The notes: generated by a model from the letters alone, not told the origin. A stretch of DNA of 64,000 bases from an uncultured Gammaproteobacteria bacterium (GCA_964496095.1 CAZBWU010000002.1:15595-79594); one strand, 5' to 3'. Numbered from the stretch's first letter, positions 36,319 through 48,257 are shown. Numbers and translations: made by a program.

Positions 36319-37704
36319 ATGGAATACCCTGGAACCAAATTTACCCGCCCCATTCGCGTTGCCTTACTTCTTAGCTTAATTGCTCTATTTTTGATTATAT
36401 CCCCCCTTCTAATTATGTATACGGCTGGCTACCGCTATGACTGGAAAAATGGCCTGCTCAAAGAAACTGGCGCCATCAACATTGACCTGGAACCAAAAAC
36501 AGCAATGGTCTACCTCAATAATGTCAAACTACAAGATAAAATTCCGGTTCGCTTAAACAATATTATCCCTGCCAAATATAATGTCCGTGTCACAAGTCAA
36601 GGCTATTTTGATTGGAACAAAGAAATAGAAGTCAAAAATAAACAAACAAACTACATCAAAGAAATCAGCTTACTCAAAAAAAATAAACCTGAAATTTTAA
36701 TTACCGGAGAAATAAATAATTTTGCAGTTTCTTACGATGGCCAATTTATCATTTATACCACCATAGAAAATGGTGACAATGAAATTTGGCTCTGGGATAA
36801 TAATACCAAACAAACCAATAGTTTATTTCGCCTTCCAGGCAATACAAAAATAAACATAGCTTGGGCGGAAAAAAATAATTACGTTTTAATTACAGACTCT
36901 GCCACCCCTTATTATCAAATAAGAATTATAAACGCGCTAGACTCGCTCAAACAAATAGACTTAACCAAAGAAAGTTTATTTATAAATAAAATCCAATGGG
37001 CAAACACATCTGACCCTCAATTGTATTACAGCACTAAAGAAAAAATTCTTTCCTACTCCCCTATTACCCAAACAAGTCAAACTATTAGCGCCAATAATTA
37101 CGCCGACTGGTACATGGAAAATGCCCAATTATGGACAATGCAGACAGATTCATCTACCAAGGACTACATAATCACCAAAGACACTTTGGGCTTTAGTAAA
37201 ATCTTAAAACAAATTAAAGATAGTGAGATAAAACTAACTACTGATATAGATCCTAAAGAAAAAGAAGTTAAAATCGGTTTTGCAGTTGCCAGACAAAACA
37301 GCGCCCTAATCAAAACAAACACAAATGGAAAAATGCTTTTGGTAAACAATAACGTAGTCCTACCAATGCAAGTAAGTAAATTTTTAATTTCAAAATATAA
37401 TAACTGGTGGCTTATGTGGTCTGACTGGGAATTGTGGAGCTATAATGACAATGAGAATCCATACTTACTCAATAGGTCTGGCGAACACCTGACTGACACT
37501 TTGCCTTTGGATCAATATAATACTTTGGCACTCGTCTGGGCAGACAAAGTCACCGCCCTCTTCCCTTACTACTCTGTGAGTCATGATTTAATAAGTGAAA
37601 AAATATCAAATCCCATTGCTGATACAGACAATAAAATTTTGTATTTTATAGAGAGCAATAGCCAGACAAAAAATAATAATGGAATTTGGAAATTAAACTA
37701 TTAA
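36319..37704 (+). CDS. Membrane-anchored PEGA-domain / beta-propeller (TolB-like) hypothetical protein
   Basis: N-terminal TM helix, a PEGA-like segment (PKTAMVYLNNVKLQDKIPVRLNNIIPAKYNVRVTSQGY) and W/Y-rich repeats (DGQFIIYTT...NEIWLWD). Confidence 0.5.
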   Translation: MEYPGTKFTRPIRVALLLSLIALFLIISPLLIMYTAGYRYDWKNGLLKETGAINIDLEPKTAMVYLNNVKLQDKIPVRLNNIIPAKYNVRVTSQGYFDWNKEIEVKNKQTNYIKEISLLKKNKPEILITGEINNFAVSYDGQFIIYTTIENGDNEIWLWDNNTKQTNSLFRLPGNTKINIAWAEKNNYVLITDSATPYYQIRIINALDSLKQIDLTKESLFINKIQWANTSDPQLYYSTKEKILSYSPITQTSQTISANNYADWYMENAQLWTMQTDSSTKDYIITKDTLGFSKILKQIKDSEIKLTTDIDPKEKEVKIGFAVARQNSALIKTNTNGKMLLVNNNVVLPMQVSKFLISKYNNWWLMWSDWELWSYNDNENPYLLNRSGEHLTDTLPLDQYNTLALVWADKVTALFPYYSVSHDLISEKISNPIADTDNKILYFIESNSQTKNNNGIWKLNY

Positions 37705-37766
37705 CACAGTTCTCAGTTCGCGGTTCACAGTTCACAATAAATAAAAGCTGTTTATTCTTTAACTAT

Positions 37767-38168
37767 ATGAGGCTAACAACATATACAGACGGGGGTGCAA
37801 GAGGCAATCCTGGTCCGGCAGCTCTTGGTGTGGTGGTCAAAGACCAGGCAGGCAAAACTATCGCCGGATATGGGCAGTATTTGGGCAACCAGACCAATAA
37901 CTACGCCGAATACTCAGCCCTCATCTCGGCCCTACAAAAAGCCAAGGAGCTAGGCGCAACTGAAGTAGATTGTGTATTAGATAGCGAGCTTGTTTGCAAA
38001 CAAATGAAACGTGAATATAAAGTCAAAGAGCCGACCTTGCAAAAATTATATATTCAAGCCTATAACCTCACGACTCAATTTAAACAGGTGACATTTCGCC
38101 ACACGCTTCGAGCTAATAATAAAGAAGCAGACAGTTGGGTGAATAAAGCTTTGGATGAAAGGCGATAA
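37767..38168 (+). CDS. rnhA: Ribonuclease HI
   Basis: Start MRLTTYTDGGARGNPGPAA, the RNase H DEDD residues (DGG...EYSAL...D) and about 133 aa. The track ORF begins upstream at a TTG overlapping the previous gene; ATG 37767 is more likely. Confidence 0.8.
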   Translation: MRLTTYTDGGARGNPGPAALGVVVKDQAGKTIAGYGQYLGNQTNNYAEYSALISALQKAKELGATEVDCVLDSELVCKQMKREYKVKEPTLQKLYIQAYNLTTQFKQVTFRHTLRANNKEADSWVNKALDERR

Positions 38169-38181
38169 AAATAATAACTAA

Positions 38182-38215
38182 AAAACACCCTCAGATAAAT
38201 GAAGGTGTTTTTTTA
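38182..38215. terminator. Bidirectional terminator between rnhA and the convergent secreted-protein gene
   Basis: aaaaaacaccctcagataaatgaaggtgttttttt. Confidence 0.55.
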
Positions 38216-38231
38216 TAGACTTATTTATGTC

Positions 38232-39047
38232 TTAGATTGATGGGGTAGTAGCTGGTGCTGGAGCCTTAACAGTTACTAATTTTGTTTTGATAACTGTATT
38301 AAGATTTGTATTAACAATACCGTCTACTCTTACTGTACTACCAACTTTTAAGTCGGCAAAAGCAATTGCAGTGTTGGCATTGTTAATTCTGGAAACAAAT
38401 TTTGTATCAGCGTCTGTTTTTACAGTCAAAGTTTTGTCGCCTTGTTTGAAGACAAAAGTCTTATTAACTGCATCTAGACTTACTACTTCGCCTTTCTTAC
38501 TAGAAATCATGTGGATAGAATTGTCTTTAACAGCGGTCACAGACAAAGATCCATCCTTGTTGAATTTAGCTACGATTCTTAATTCGTCACCAACACTCAT
38601 ATCAGACAATTTCATTTTTCCAAAGAATTCTCTGACAAATGTGGTTTTCTTGGTAAGGGTTAAAACAAGGTTGTTGCCTACCACTGGATAAACTACTGCT
38701 GGATCAACTATTTTAGAAGATTTTTTTGGTAACACACTTGTCACATTTACTGTAACTGTGGTGGAAGTTGTAGTAGAAGTGAATTCAGATACTGCGCTGG
38801 CTGTAACTAATTTTCCAACAAAAGTGAGGGTGCGAGGAGTAAATCTTAATGATTTTTCTAAGTCTTTTCTCTTTTGATCATCATTTCTGCGATCTTCCTG
38901 TCTATCCTCACGTCTATCTTCTTGTTTTTTTAACTCTGAAATTTCACGACCACGATTTTCTTGTTCACTATTTTGTGAAGCCAAGGCCGGAGCCACCGAC
39001 ATTAAAGCCATCACTGCGACTAAAGATCCTATTATATATTTTTTCAT
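38232..39047 (-). CDS. Secreted hypothetical protein with a charged RED-rich linker and a T/V-rich beta C-terminal domain
   Basis: Signal peptide (MKKYIIGSLVAVMALMSVAPALA), a QEDRREDRQEDRR linker and repeated T/V-rich strands. Sits downstream of the ECF sigma and anti-sigma-like pair. Confidence 0.5.
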   Translation of the reverse strand: MKKYIIGSLVAVMALMSVAPALASQNSEQENRGREISELKKQEDRREDRQEDRRNDDQKRKDLEKSLRFTPRTLTFVGKLVTASAVSEFTSTTTSTTVTVNVTSVLPKKSSKIVDPAVVYPVVGNNLVLTLTKKTTFVREFFGKMKLSDMSVGDELRIVAKFNKDGSLSVTAVKDNSIHMISSKKGEVVSLDAVNKTFVFKQGDKTLTVKTDADTKFVSRINNANTAIAFADLKVGSTVRVDGIVNTNLNTVIKTKLVTVKAPAPATTPSI

Positions 39048-39050
39048 ATA

Positions 39051-39130
39051 CGAAATGAGTGAGGAAATAAATTAAATGTTGTTAATTTATTCCGAGCGAA
39101 TGAGTATATATGGTTTACCTATATACAGAT
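39051..39130 (-). promoter_or_regulatory. Conserved leader/upstream element, copy 3 (more diverged)
   Basis: On the minus strand it reads ...ATATAGGTAAACCATATATACTCATTCGCTC ... hairpin ATTAA-caacat-TTAAT ... CACTCATTTCG-TAT-ATG. Confidence 0.45.
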
Positions 39131-39235
39131 TATAATTAAATTTAATTAAATACTTTTACTCAGACTGTTTATCGACCTCTCCTCCTCCATCCCGACTCAG
39201 TCGGAACCAGAGAGTTAAACAGTTAAAACTTATTT

Positions 39236-40015
39236 TTAATCCCCATCATGTCCGTCTCCTTTTTCCAGACGAGAATCGTTTCGCAAACCAGATCTATCCC
39301 CTCTTTTTTCAATCTTTTTATCTTCTAACTCTTGCAATTTTTCAGCTCTATTTTTTATAATCTCAGAGGCTTTATCTAATCTTTCTCTTCTTTTTTCTAA
39401 TCTTTGTTCGATTTTAGCCTTAACTTCTTCTTGAAATTTATTATCTTTTATTTCCACTTGATCTAGATTTTCCTTAAATTTTTCTAATCTATCTTCGGCT
39501 TCTTGGATTGATTTGTCTATGTTTTCTATTCTGGCATCAATTTTTCTATCCTTTTTAATAAACGCTTTTTTGGATTCTAAATTTGTTGCTTCTGTCGAGG
39601 TGGCGTCCTCTTGTTCTGACTCAACGCTTTGATCTTCAACTTCATTTTTCTTTATAATTGCCCTTTCAGCTTCTCGACGCTCAATTTTCTTTAGGAGAAA
39701 CTTTGCTTTCGCTTCAGGAGTTATCTTGGTAATTTCTTCTACATTCTCTATCACTTTTTTTACTGGATATAGGATATTACCTTCGGTTACATCTGGACTG
39801 TTGTAGGCATAGGCACCGCCACTTCCTACCAGAACTAGAACTACTACTGCCATCGCTCCGGCTCTGTACATAATACTAGAATGAATCCAGCTTACTTTTC
39901 CATATTTTGCATCCCAAGCTTTATTCAAATCTTTTTGTAAGCTAGCTTTAAAAACAGTACTTGGAGATAAACTTCTTTTTATTTTAAATAAATTGTACCT
40001 TGTTTTTAATGACAT
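39236..40015 (-). CDS. Membrane-anchored coiled-coil protein, putative anti-sigma factor (DUF5667-like context)
   Basis: 259 aa with a single TM helix (AMAVVVLVLVGSGG), a charged coiled-coil ectodomain, and a start 5 nt after the ECF sigma stop. Confidence 0.4.
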   Translation of the reverse strand: MSLKTRYNLFKIKRSLSPSTVFKASLQKDLNKAWDAKYGKVSWIHSSIMYRAGAMAVVVLVLVGSGGAYAYNSPDVTEGNILYPVKKVIENVEEITKITPEAKAKFLLKKIERREAERAIIKKNEVEDQSVESEQEDATSTEATNLESKKAFIKKDRKIDARIENIDKSIQEAEDRLEKFKENLDQVEIKDNKFQEEVKAKIEQRLEKRRERLDKASEIIKNRAEKLQELEDKKIEKRGDRSGLRNDSRLEKGDGHDGD

Positions 40016-40019
40016 ATGA

Positions 40020-40544
40020 TTATGATTTGGTAGATAGCTTCTTAATAGCTCTGTGAGCTGCGACCTTAACGGCCGTCTCTGTCGTTTGCTTCATCTCTGC
40101 TATCTCTGCATAACTATACCCGAGCAGGTAGTGAAAGGTTACAATTTCCCGATCATCATCGGCTAAACCGGCCAACAAATCCTCTAATTCTCGCTTTTTT
40201 TCTTCATTTTTAAACGATTTAATGGCTGATTTTAGCCAAAAACTATCATCAGACTCTTCCTCGTCCTCAGGCAAATGGTTGGTCGGCTTTTGATCCCGCC
40301 AATGGTTAGCTAGGTGATTTTTGGTAATAGTCATTATCCAGGCAGATTTGCTTAATTCTTCGTTATAACTGCCAAAATGCTCCAGGGCTTTCATAAATAC
40401 CTCTGAAACTAGGTCCTGAGCCAGGTCTTTATTTGCACCAACACGAAAAAAGACAAAGCGATACACTTTGTCTATGTGAGTATTATAAAACTTCTCAAAT
40501 TCTTTTTTTGTATTCTGGCTTTTCATGGTAAAAGTATACACCAA
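40020..40544 (-). CDS. RNA polymerase sigma-70 factor, ECF subfamily
   Basis: Region 2 (YRFVFFRVGANKDLAQDLVSEVFMKALEH) and region 4 HTH (REIVTFHYLLGYSYAEIAEMKQTTETAVKVAAHRAIKKL); 174 aa. Confidence 0.8.
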   Translation of the reverse strand: MVYTFTMKSQNTKKEFEKFYNTHIDKVYRFVFFRVGANKDLAQDLVSEVFMKALEHFGSYNEELSKSAWIMTITKNHLANHWRDQKPTNHLPEDEEESDDSFWLKSAIKSFKNEEKKRELEDLLAGLADDDREIVTFHYLLGYSYAEIAEMKQTTETAVKVAAHRAIKKLSTKS

Positions 40545-40574
40545 TAATAAGCCTTAAGGGAAGTCTGGCGGTCT

Positions 40575-40750
40575 TGTCATTCTGAATCCCCTCAAGGGGA
40601 TAAACCCCATAAAGAATCCCTGTCTAAACAATGTCATTCCCGCAAAAAGCGGGAATCCAGACAATTCAATTGAACGCTGGATCCCCGATCAAGTCGGGGA
40701 TGACAACGAACAAACCGGACAGAGATCCTTCGCTGTCACTCAGGATGACA
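40575..40750. repeat. Tandem cluster of three or more MITE/REP-like palindromic units (E7) between the dnaJ stop and the ECF sigma start
   Basis: tgtcattctgaatcccctcaaggggataaacccc..., then tgtcattcccgcaaaaagcgggaatccagacaa, then ...gatccccgatcaagtcggggatgacaacgaacaaaccggacagagatccttcgctgtcactcaggatgaca. Confidence 0.7.
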
Positions 40751-40772
40751 GTTGCGCAACAATTAAAACAAA

Positions 40773-41873
40773 TTAAAGCTCGCTCTTCAAATCTTCTAAC
40801 TTCTTTCGGACATCTCTGCTAATTTTTTTCGGCACTTTGATTTTTATCTTTACATAATGATCACCACGAACATTTCTATCCAAGTGCTGAATACCTTTAC
40901 CTCTCAGTCTAATCAATTGGCCTGACTCCACCCCTTCCGGTACCAATAATTTTTCTACACCATCCAAAGTTTCAACCTCAACTTTATCTCCCAAAACTGC
41001 CTGAGGAAAACTAACTTCTTTTTCAGTATAAACGTCATAACCCTCACGACCAAAATCTTTGTATGATTTTACGCGCACGCGCACATAGAGACTACCATTA
41101 CCACCACCGTGCGGAGCGGCTTCACCATGACCATCAAGTCGGATAGATTGGCCATTATCAATTCCAGCTGGAATTTTGACTTTAATGGTTGAATTGCTTT
41201 GCACCACGCCTGAGCCACCACAATGTTTACATTTCTTAGAAGGTTTTTTGCCCGTGCCATGACAATCACTACAAACAACCGCAGTTTGCATATTACCCAA
41301 GAAAGTTCGTTGCATCTGTGTCACCTGGCCTTGGCCATGACAAGTACCGCAAGTTTCCATTTTACTGTCCGGTTCTCCCCCACTACCTTTACAAATATCA
41401 CATTTATTTTGCTTGCGTAAAGAAATTTCTTTTTCCACACCAAAAGCAGCTTCCTTAAAATCTATCTCCACATCTACCTGAATATCTTGGCCTCTAGCCT
41501 GGCCTCGGCCACGACTGCGTCCTCCGCCAAAAAAGTCTCCAAAAATATCTCCGAGGTCGCCAAAATCACCGCCAGAAAAACCGCCCTGAGTGCCACCTTG
41601 CCCTCGGAAAGAATTCATCACATCTTCCCAGTTCATACCACCGCTAAATCCACCTTGTTGCTCAAAATCAGAACCAAACTGATCATAGCGTTGGCGCTTT
41701 TCTTTATCACTCAACACTTGATAAGCTTCGTTTATCTCTTTGAACTTTGCTTCATTGCCACCCGGTCTATCGGGATGGTGTTGCATGGCAGCTTTTTTAA
41801 AAGCCTTTTTTATATCGTCAGTGGAAGCGTTTTTTTCCACGCCAAGAATTTTGTAATAATCTTTTTGGGACAT
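40773..41873 (-). CDS. dnaJ: Molecular chaperone DnaJ
   Basis: J domain with HPD (YYKILGV...HHPDR), a G/F-rich region, four CxxCxGxG zinc-finger repeats and a 366-aa length. Confidence 0.9.
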   Translation of the reverse strand: MSQKDYYKILGVEKNASTDDIKKAFKKAAMQHHPDRPGGNEAKFKEINEAYQVLSDKEKRQRYDQFGSDFEQQGGFSGGMNWEDVMNSFRGQGGTQGGFSGGDFGDLGDIFGDFFGGGRSRGRGQARGQDIQVDVEIDFKEAAFGVEKEISLRKQNKCDICKGSGGEPDSKMETCGTCHGQGQVTQMQRTFLGNMQTAVVCSDCHGTGKKPSKKCKHCGGSGVVQSNSTIKVKIPAGIDNGQSIRLDGHGEAAPHGGGNGSLYVRVRVKSYKDFGREGYDVYTEKEVSFPQAVLGDKVEVETLDGVEKLLVPEGVESGQLIRLRGKGIQHLDRNVRGDHYVKIKIKVPKKISRDVRKKLEDLKSEL

Positions 41874-41880
41874 AAATTAA

Positions 41881-42360
41881 TTAAACAAAAAGTACTTTTT
41901 TTGCTCGTATTATAAATTCTTTAATTGATCTTAAGTCATCTTCACTGGGGCCATCGTCACCAGAACCTTCATGGGCGTCTTCATCAAGAAAAAGAAAGGA
42001 TAAATTACTTGATAAAACAAGACGATTTTTCAGCCAAGCTAAAAATTCTTTCCTATTTCCATTATCCAACACATCCTTTTTTAAAAGATTTGACTCAATT
42101 TCTTTTTTTAGTAATGATAATTGCTTTAAGTTATCTTTTAAAGATTCTGAGACTTGAACATCCTTAACCGTTTTTAGGTCTTTTAACACCGAATCTACTT
42201 TTATAAATATTTGTTTAAAAACAACCCAAACTACCATCTCGCCTACTCTTAGATCTTCTACATTTTGTACGCCAAGCCTAAGCGACTCATTTATTTCTGC
42301 CAATTTTTTTATTTCATCTCGAAAAGCCTCTAGCTCTCCTGGTTCTTCTACGTCTAACAT
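41881..42360 (-). CDS. Hypothetical protein with an acidic C-terminus, between dnaK and dnaJ
   Basis: 159-aa ORF with no recognisable domain. Tightly packed (7-nt gap to dnaJ). Confidence 0.4.
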   Translation of the reverse strand: MLDVEEPGELEAFRDEIKKLAEINESLRLGVQNVEDLRVGEMVVWVVFKQIFIKVDSVLKDLKTVKDVQVSESLKDNLKQLSLLKKEIESNLLKKDVLDNGNRKEFLAWLKNRLVLSSNLSFLFLDEDAHEGSGDDGPSEDDLRSIKEFIIRAKKVLFV

Positions 42361-42398
42361 AAATAATTATTGATATTTTTGTATACTAATCTAGAAAT

Positions 42399-43127
42399 TT
42401 ATATTTTGTCACGATTATCAACAACAAGAAAATCACTAAATTTATTAAATCTATTACCTTGATTTCGATTGACGTCAAAATTATAAATTGCATTAACCCC
42501 AGATTCTAATAACTTCTCTGAAGACAGCATGGATAAATCAACTTCTTCAGCTGCACCTAAATGCACTTGGATATCACTCAAACGTGCCATAGATTTAATT
42601 AAATTAATTGAGTACATTGGGTCACGAACAACCTTTGACTGCCAATCAGGCCCACCTAGGAATTGGGAACTGACTACTACGTCAAATTTCTTAGATGGAG
42701 TGGGAATTGCTTGTATTTCAGAAGGTAAAATATCCATATTATCAAACTCTTCATAGTTTGTTGACAAAGCAATAGGGTCGACTAAAACAACCTTTTCAGC
42801 TCCTAGCCCAGCGATAATTCTAGATTGTGTAGCTGTAAAAGTTCTATACCTATCAGGTGTAATGTCCCCATCTGCAACAACTATAATCCGCTTACCTTTA
42901 AAACCTTCTACGCCACCAAACATCTCTACTAGATAACCTAAAGTAAAGGCTTCGTTGCCAACAAGCCAATTATTTCTCTGTTGATCAGAAAAATTTTTCT
43001 TAATATACCTGGCGATTCTCAAACCTTTATAAGACAAATCTTTCAAATCGCTTTCGGTTAGTATGTTTGGGAAATGAAAATCAGGCAAATTTTCAACATC
43101 TGGCCGTGGAGTATGCACCTCACGCAT
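42399..43127 (-). CDS. Hypothetical protein with a Rossmann-like core, between dnaK and dnaJ
   Basis: 242 aa containing GKRIIVVADGDITPDRY...AGLGAEKVVLVDP (alternating beta-alpha pattern). Family not identified. Confidence 0.4.
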   Translation of the reverse strand: MREVHTPRPDVENLPDFHFPNILTESDLKDLSYKGLRIARYIKKNFSDQQRNNWLVGNEAFTLGYLVEMFGGVEGFKGKRIIVVADGDITPDRYRTFTATQSRIIAGLGAEKVVLVDPIALSTNYEEFDNMDILPSEIQAIPTPSKKFDVVVSSQFLGGPDWQSKVVRDPMYSINLIKSMARLSDIQVHLGAAEEVDLSMLSSEKLLESGVNAIYNFDVNRNQGNRFNKFSDFLVVDNRDKI

Positions 43128-43187
43128 AAGATTAACTAAATAAATTTATTCCAAAATTTGGAACTAATTTCTTATTATTAGAAAAGT

Positions 43188-45137
<1,950 letters not shown>

Positions 45138-45177
45138 TTATTAATTATTAAATTTTAACAAAGTTAATAGATATTTA

Positions 45178-46047
45178 TTATTCCGGTTTAAATAAATATT
45201 CACTAATTAGCTTATCATAATTATTCGGATCAGGACGCCATCCTTTATAATACTCAACGTGCAATGGATAGAGGAGCGATTCTTTAATAAAATTTCCTCT
45301 AACTAAATCTTCTAAAAATTTACCCTGAGAAAGAAATTCTTCTATTGTTTTAAATTCTTGATCCTGCCCTTTCTTTAGCTCGTCATACACACGCTTATGC
45401 TCTTGCCTAAATTGCCACGCACTATCAATAGCAGAGATAATATCTTTTTCTTGATCTGGTCCTAGGTCTATCACAGGATCCTTCATCTCATCTTCAATCT
45501 CAATATAATCGCCAAACTCTGGGTCATTCTTAATATAAGGCCTTCCAGAAACAGTTCCCATTATTTTACAATTATCTGATAAATCAAAGCTATACCCGAA
45601 TATAGGCAGAATTTGCTTATCTCTATCAGGTGCATCATTTTTAACCGATAAAGTACAAAATCCGCCAGAACACTGAACATCGATAGTTGGATATTTAGCT
45701 TTAATCAAATCGGCTATACGACCAGCGCTTTCGTAGGCTTCAAAAGGATCTATTTCATCTTCCATGCCAACTTCTATATCATCATGTTCTATAACATCCC
45801 TTTGGGGCGGCATACTGTCAGTTATAAACCTATCTTTGGCAGTCTTAATTTTTTCTGCCGAAACTGACGTTGGTTCTGCTGGTCCTTTTTTTAATTCATA
45901 CATAATTGCCCCGCCTTCCCCCAACACCCCCGCAATTCCGGCTGCTAATAACCATTTTTTAAATCTTTGTGATCTGCCTAAACTGAGCTTTTGCATTGCT
46001 CCGTTTTCGGCTCCTTTCAAGGATTGACTATAAACAGGTTCACGCAT
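45178..46047 (-). CDS. Hypothetical membrane-anchored protein, between grpE and dnaK
   Basis: ORF in the track runs 45178..46122. The likely start MREPVYSQ is at 46047, abutting the upstream gene's stop. One TM helix (WLLAAGIAGVLGEGGAIM). No known domain. Confidence 0.4.
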   Translation of the reverse strand: MREPVYSQSLKGAENGAMQKLSLGRSQRFKKWLLAAGIAGVLGEGGAIMYELKKGPAEPTSVSAEKIKTAKDRFITDSMPPQRDVIEHDDIEVGMEDEIDPFEAYESAGRIADLIKAKYPTIDVQCSGGFCTLSVKNDAPDRDKQILPIFGYSFDLSDNCKIMGTVSGRPYIKNDPEFGDYIEIEDEMKDPVIDLGPDQEKDIISAIDSAWQFRQEHKRVYDELKKGQDQEFKTIEEFLSQGKFLEDLVRGNFIKESLLYPLHVEYYKGWRPDPNNYDKLISEYLFKPE

Positions 46048-46051
46048 ATAT

Positions 46052-46609
46052 TTAAAAAGTCTTAGCATGCTTTTTACTATAAAGATAAGAATAAATCTTT
46101 TCTTGATTATTATGCGGATCATCTAATATGCCGCTTTTATATAATTCTCTTAAGGAATCTAGGGCAACATCATCAGCTATTTCTTCATTTACTACATCTG
46201 CAAGATTTTCATGTTTTTCTAAGCATCTCTCAATCTTAATAATCTGTTCTAAAACACTAACGATCGTTTTATAATTATCTTCTGCAGATTGCAAATTACT
46301 TTTACATATACCTAATTTATTAATCAGCTCTTGGTCTTCAGCAGACATGCTTCCTTTAAAAAAAGGCCCTTCATTGTTATCTAAAAATTCATAGATCCTT
46401 CTTGATAAGAATCTCAAAATATTTCTAACCTTACTAACCTTGTCACTAAAATTAGCATCCTTTTCTAAATCATTAAATGATTTCACTCCATTTTCACCAA
46501 CTTGACCCAACTGATCTGCAACTGCTAATTTAAAATCTATAATTTCAAAACTAATAGGTTTATGATTAACTTTTATTTCTGGGAAAATACCACCTTCTTC
46601 TCTTCTCAT
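46052..46609 (-). CDS. Hypothetical protein, between grpE and dnaK
   Basis: 185-aa ORF, predicted helical. No known domain. Confidence 0.4.
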   Translation of the reverse strand: MRREEGGIFPEIKVNHKPISFEIIDFKLAVADQLGQVGENGVKSFNDLEKDANFSDKVSKVRNILRFLSRRIYEFLDNNEGPFFKGSMSAEDQELINKLGICKSNLQSAEDNYKTIVSVLEQIIKIERCLEKHENLADVVNEEIADDVALDSLRELYKSGILDDPHNNQEKIYSYLYSKKHAKTF

Positions 46610-46652
46610 AAAATTTATTTACAAATAATAACTCGCGCTGGTTTAATAATTT

Positions 46653-47645
46653 TCAAGCAAAATTCAAAGCACTTTGAATTTTTTCTTTACAGCCATAAGG
46701 GTCTTTTCTTCCTTCATTATATAAATTAAGTAGCGAATGAAGAGTGTCCTTATCTAACGAAAGGTCCTTAGTCACAACACTCCAATCACTATCTCTTCCT
46801 AGACTAATCAACTTATCTTCTAGTTCAAAAAGTGGCTCAAAAAAGTCCGCTTCAAATGATGCCTTTTCTAGCTTAACTACAAAATCCCTTTCTACATCGA
46901 CATCTTTACACATTTCAATTATCTTATTTATCGTCTTTTTTATCTTGTCAAACCTGATTTCTCCTTTCTTTACCAGATCGGTCACTTGCTGAATGCTAAC
47001 ATCTTGAAAAATAAATCTGATTTTTTCTATAATATAATGAAATAAAGGAGAGTCCTGATTTGCTGGCAAATCGATATATAAAGAAAACTCAGATTTTCGA
47101 AGTTGATTTAACTCAATCAAAGCATCAGCAACTTTAATAAATACCACGTCATTAAACTTTCTGTCTCTAACATATCCCTCAAATAACCTTAGAAGGTTAT
47201 TTGGATGAATCTTTGGATCACCCTGAACTATGGTGCAGGCACCCACTAAATCATCTACAGTTATTCTACTGTTGCGTGCATATTCATCTATCATATGCAT
47301 CACCCTTTGGTAATCAGGATGATTGGTATTAAAACTCCATATTGGTTTTCGAATGTTAAATTCTTGTTCTACAACTGCTTCTCCTTTACTACTTTCTATC
47401 CCTGCGGTATCATCCGAAATATTCAAGCCTTCATCTTCATCAGTCGATCTTCTACTACTATAATCTCCTTCTATAACTAATTCTTCTGCGCCTGCATCTT
47501 TTCCACCACTATTACCTAACCATTCGTCTTCCTTAGGTGTTTCCTTTCTTGGAGGGGTGTTATGCAAAACAACCACATCATCATCTGCGTCAATAACTTC
47601 TGTATTAAAAACTTCAGTTCCTGTTGTTACCCTTTCTGTAATCAT
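46653..47645 (-). CDS. Hypothetical protein with an acidic disordered N-terminus, between grpE and dnaK
   Basis: 330-aa ORF with no known domain. Confidence 0.4.
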   Translation of the reverse strand: MITERVTTGTEVFNTEVIDADDDVVVLHNTPPRKETPKEDEWLGNSGGKDAGAEELVIEGDYSSRRSTDEDEGLNISDDTAGIESSKGEAVVEQEFNIRKPIWSFNTNHPDYQRVMHMIDEYARNSRITVDDLVGACTIVQGDPKIHPNNLLRLFEGYVRDRKFNDVVFIKVADALIELNQLRKSEFSLYIDLPANQDSPLFHYIIEKIRFIFQDVSIQQVTDLVKKGEIRFDKIKKTINKIIEMCKDVDVERDFVVKLEKASFEADFFEPLFELEDKLISLGRDSDWSVVTKDLSLDKDTLHSLLNLYNEGRKDPYGCKEKIQSALNFA

Positions 47646-47720
47646 AGATAAATTACTTACTTATAATAAGAAAAGCTTGAAATTTTGTCGGGCTTCCAAA
47701 TAAGAAAAATATTTTCTTAT

Positions 47721-48248
47721 TTACTCACCCCTAGAAATTATAACCCGTGCTGGTCTAATAACCTTGTCTCCACGTTTATACCCACCTTCTATTTCTTTCA
47801 AAATCAATCCTGACTCTCCTTCGGCGGATTCTTCCTCGCCTACCGCTTCATGCCAGCGTGGATCAAACTTTTCTCCGACTGTTTTTATTTCTTCTACTTG
47901 ATAGGTTTTTAAAATATCGCCAAATTGTTTTTTGATATGGCCGATACCTTCGGCCCATTGTTTCCAACCATTTTCTTCATTTAGATTTTCTCTGTGACTA
48001 AAGGCTTTTTTGAAATTCTCATAGACTGGCACAAATTCTTCCAAAATATATTGCTCGCTGGCTTTGGCCCACACACTACGCATATCAGCTGATTCTTTTT
48101 GCAAATTTTTATAATCAGCCAAAGCTCTCTGCCAACCCGATTTATATTCTTCGGCTTCAGCTTTGCACTTATCACAATTCTCACAAGTTTGCGTTTTTGC
48201 AACTTCTTGCTCTTGAACTTCGTCTTGTATGTTTTGTTCGTCTAACAT
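47721..48248 (-). CDS. grpE: Nucleotide exchange factor GrpE
   Basis: 175 aa with a coiled-coil N-terminus and the GrpE C-terminal beta domain (GYKRGDKVIRPARV). Confidence 0.85.
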   Translation of the reverse strand: MLDEQNIQDEVQEQEVAKTQTCENCDKCKAEAEEYKSGWQRALADYKNLQKESADMRSVWAKASEQYILEEFVPVYENFKKAFSHRENLNEENGWKQWAEGIGHIKKQFGDILKTYQVEEIKTVGEKFDPRWHEAVGEEESAEGESGLILKEIEGGYKRGDKVIRPARVIISRGE

Positions 48249-48257
48249 AATAATATC

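Noticed and set aside
40575-40750. Possible CRISPR array (clustered repeats)
   Set aside because: The repeats are heterogeneous palindromic units without unique spacers of regular length, and no cas genes are present in the window. Interpreted as stacked MITE/REP-like elements.
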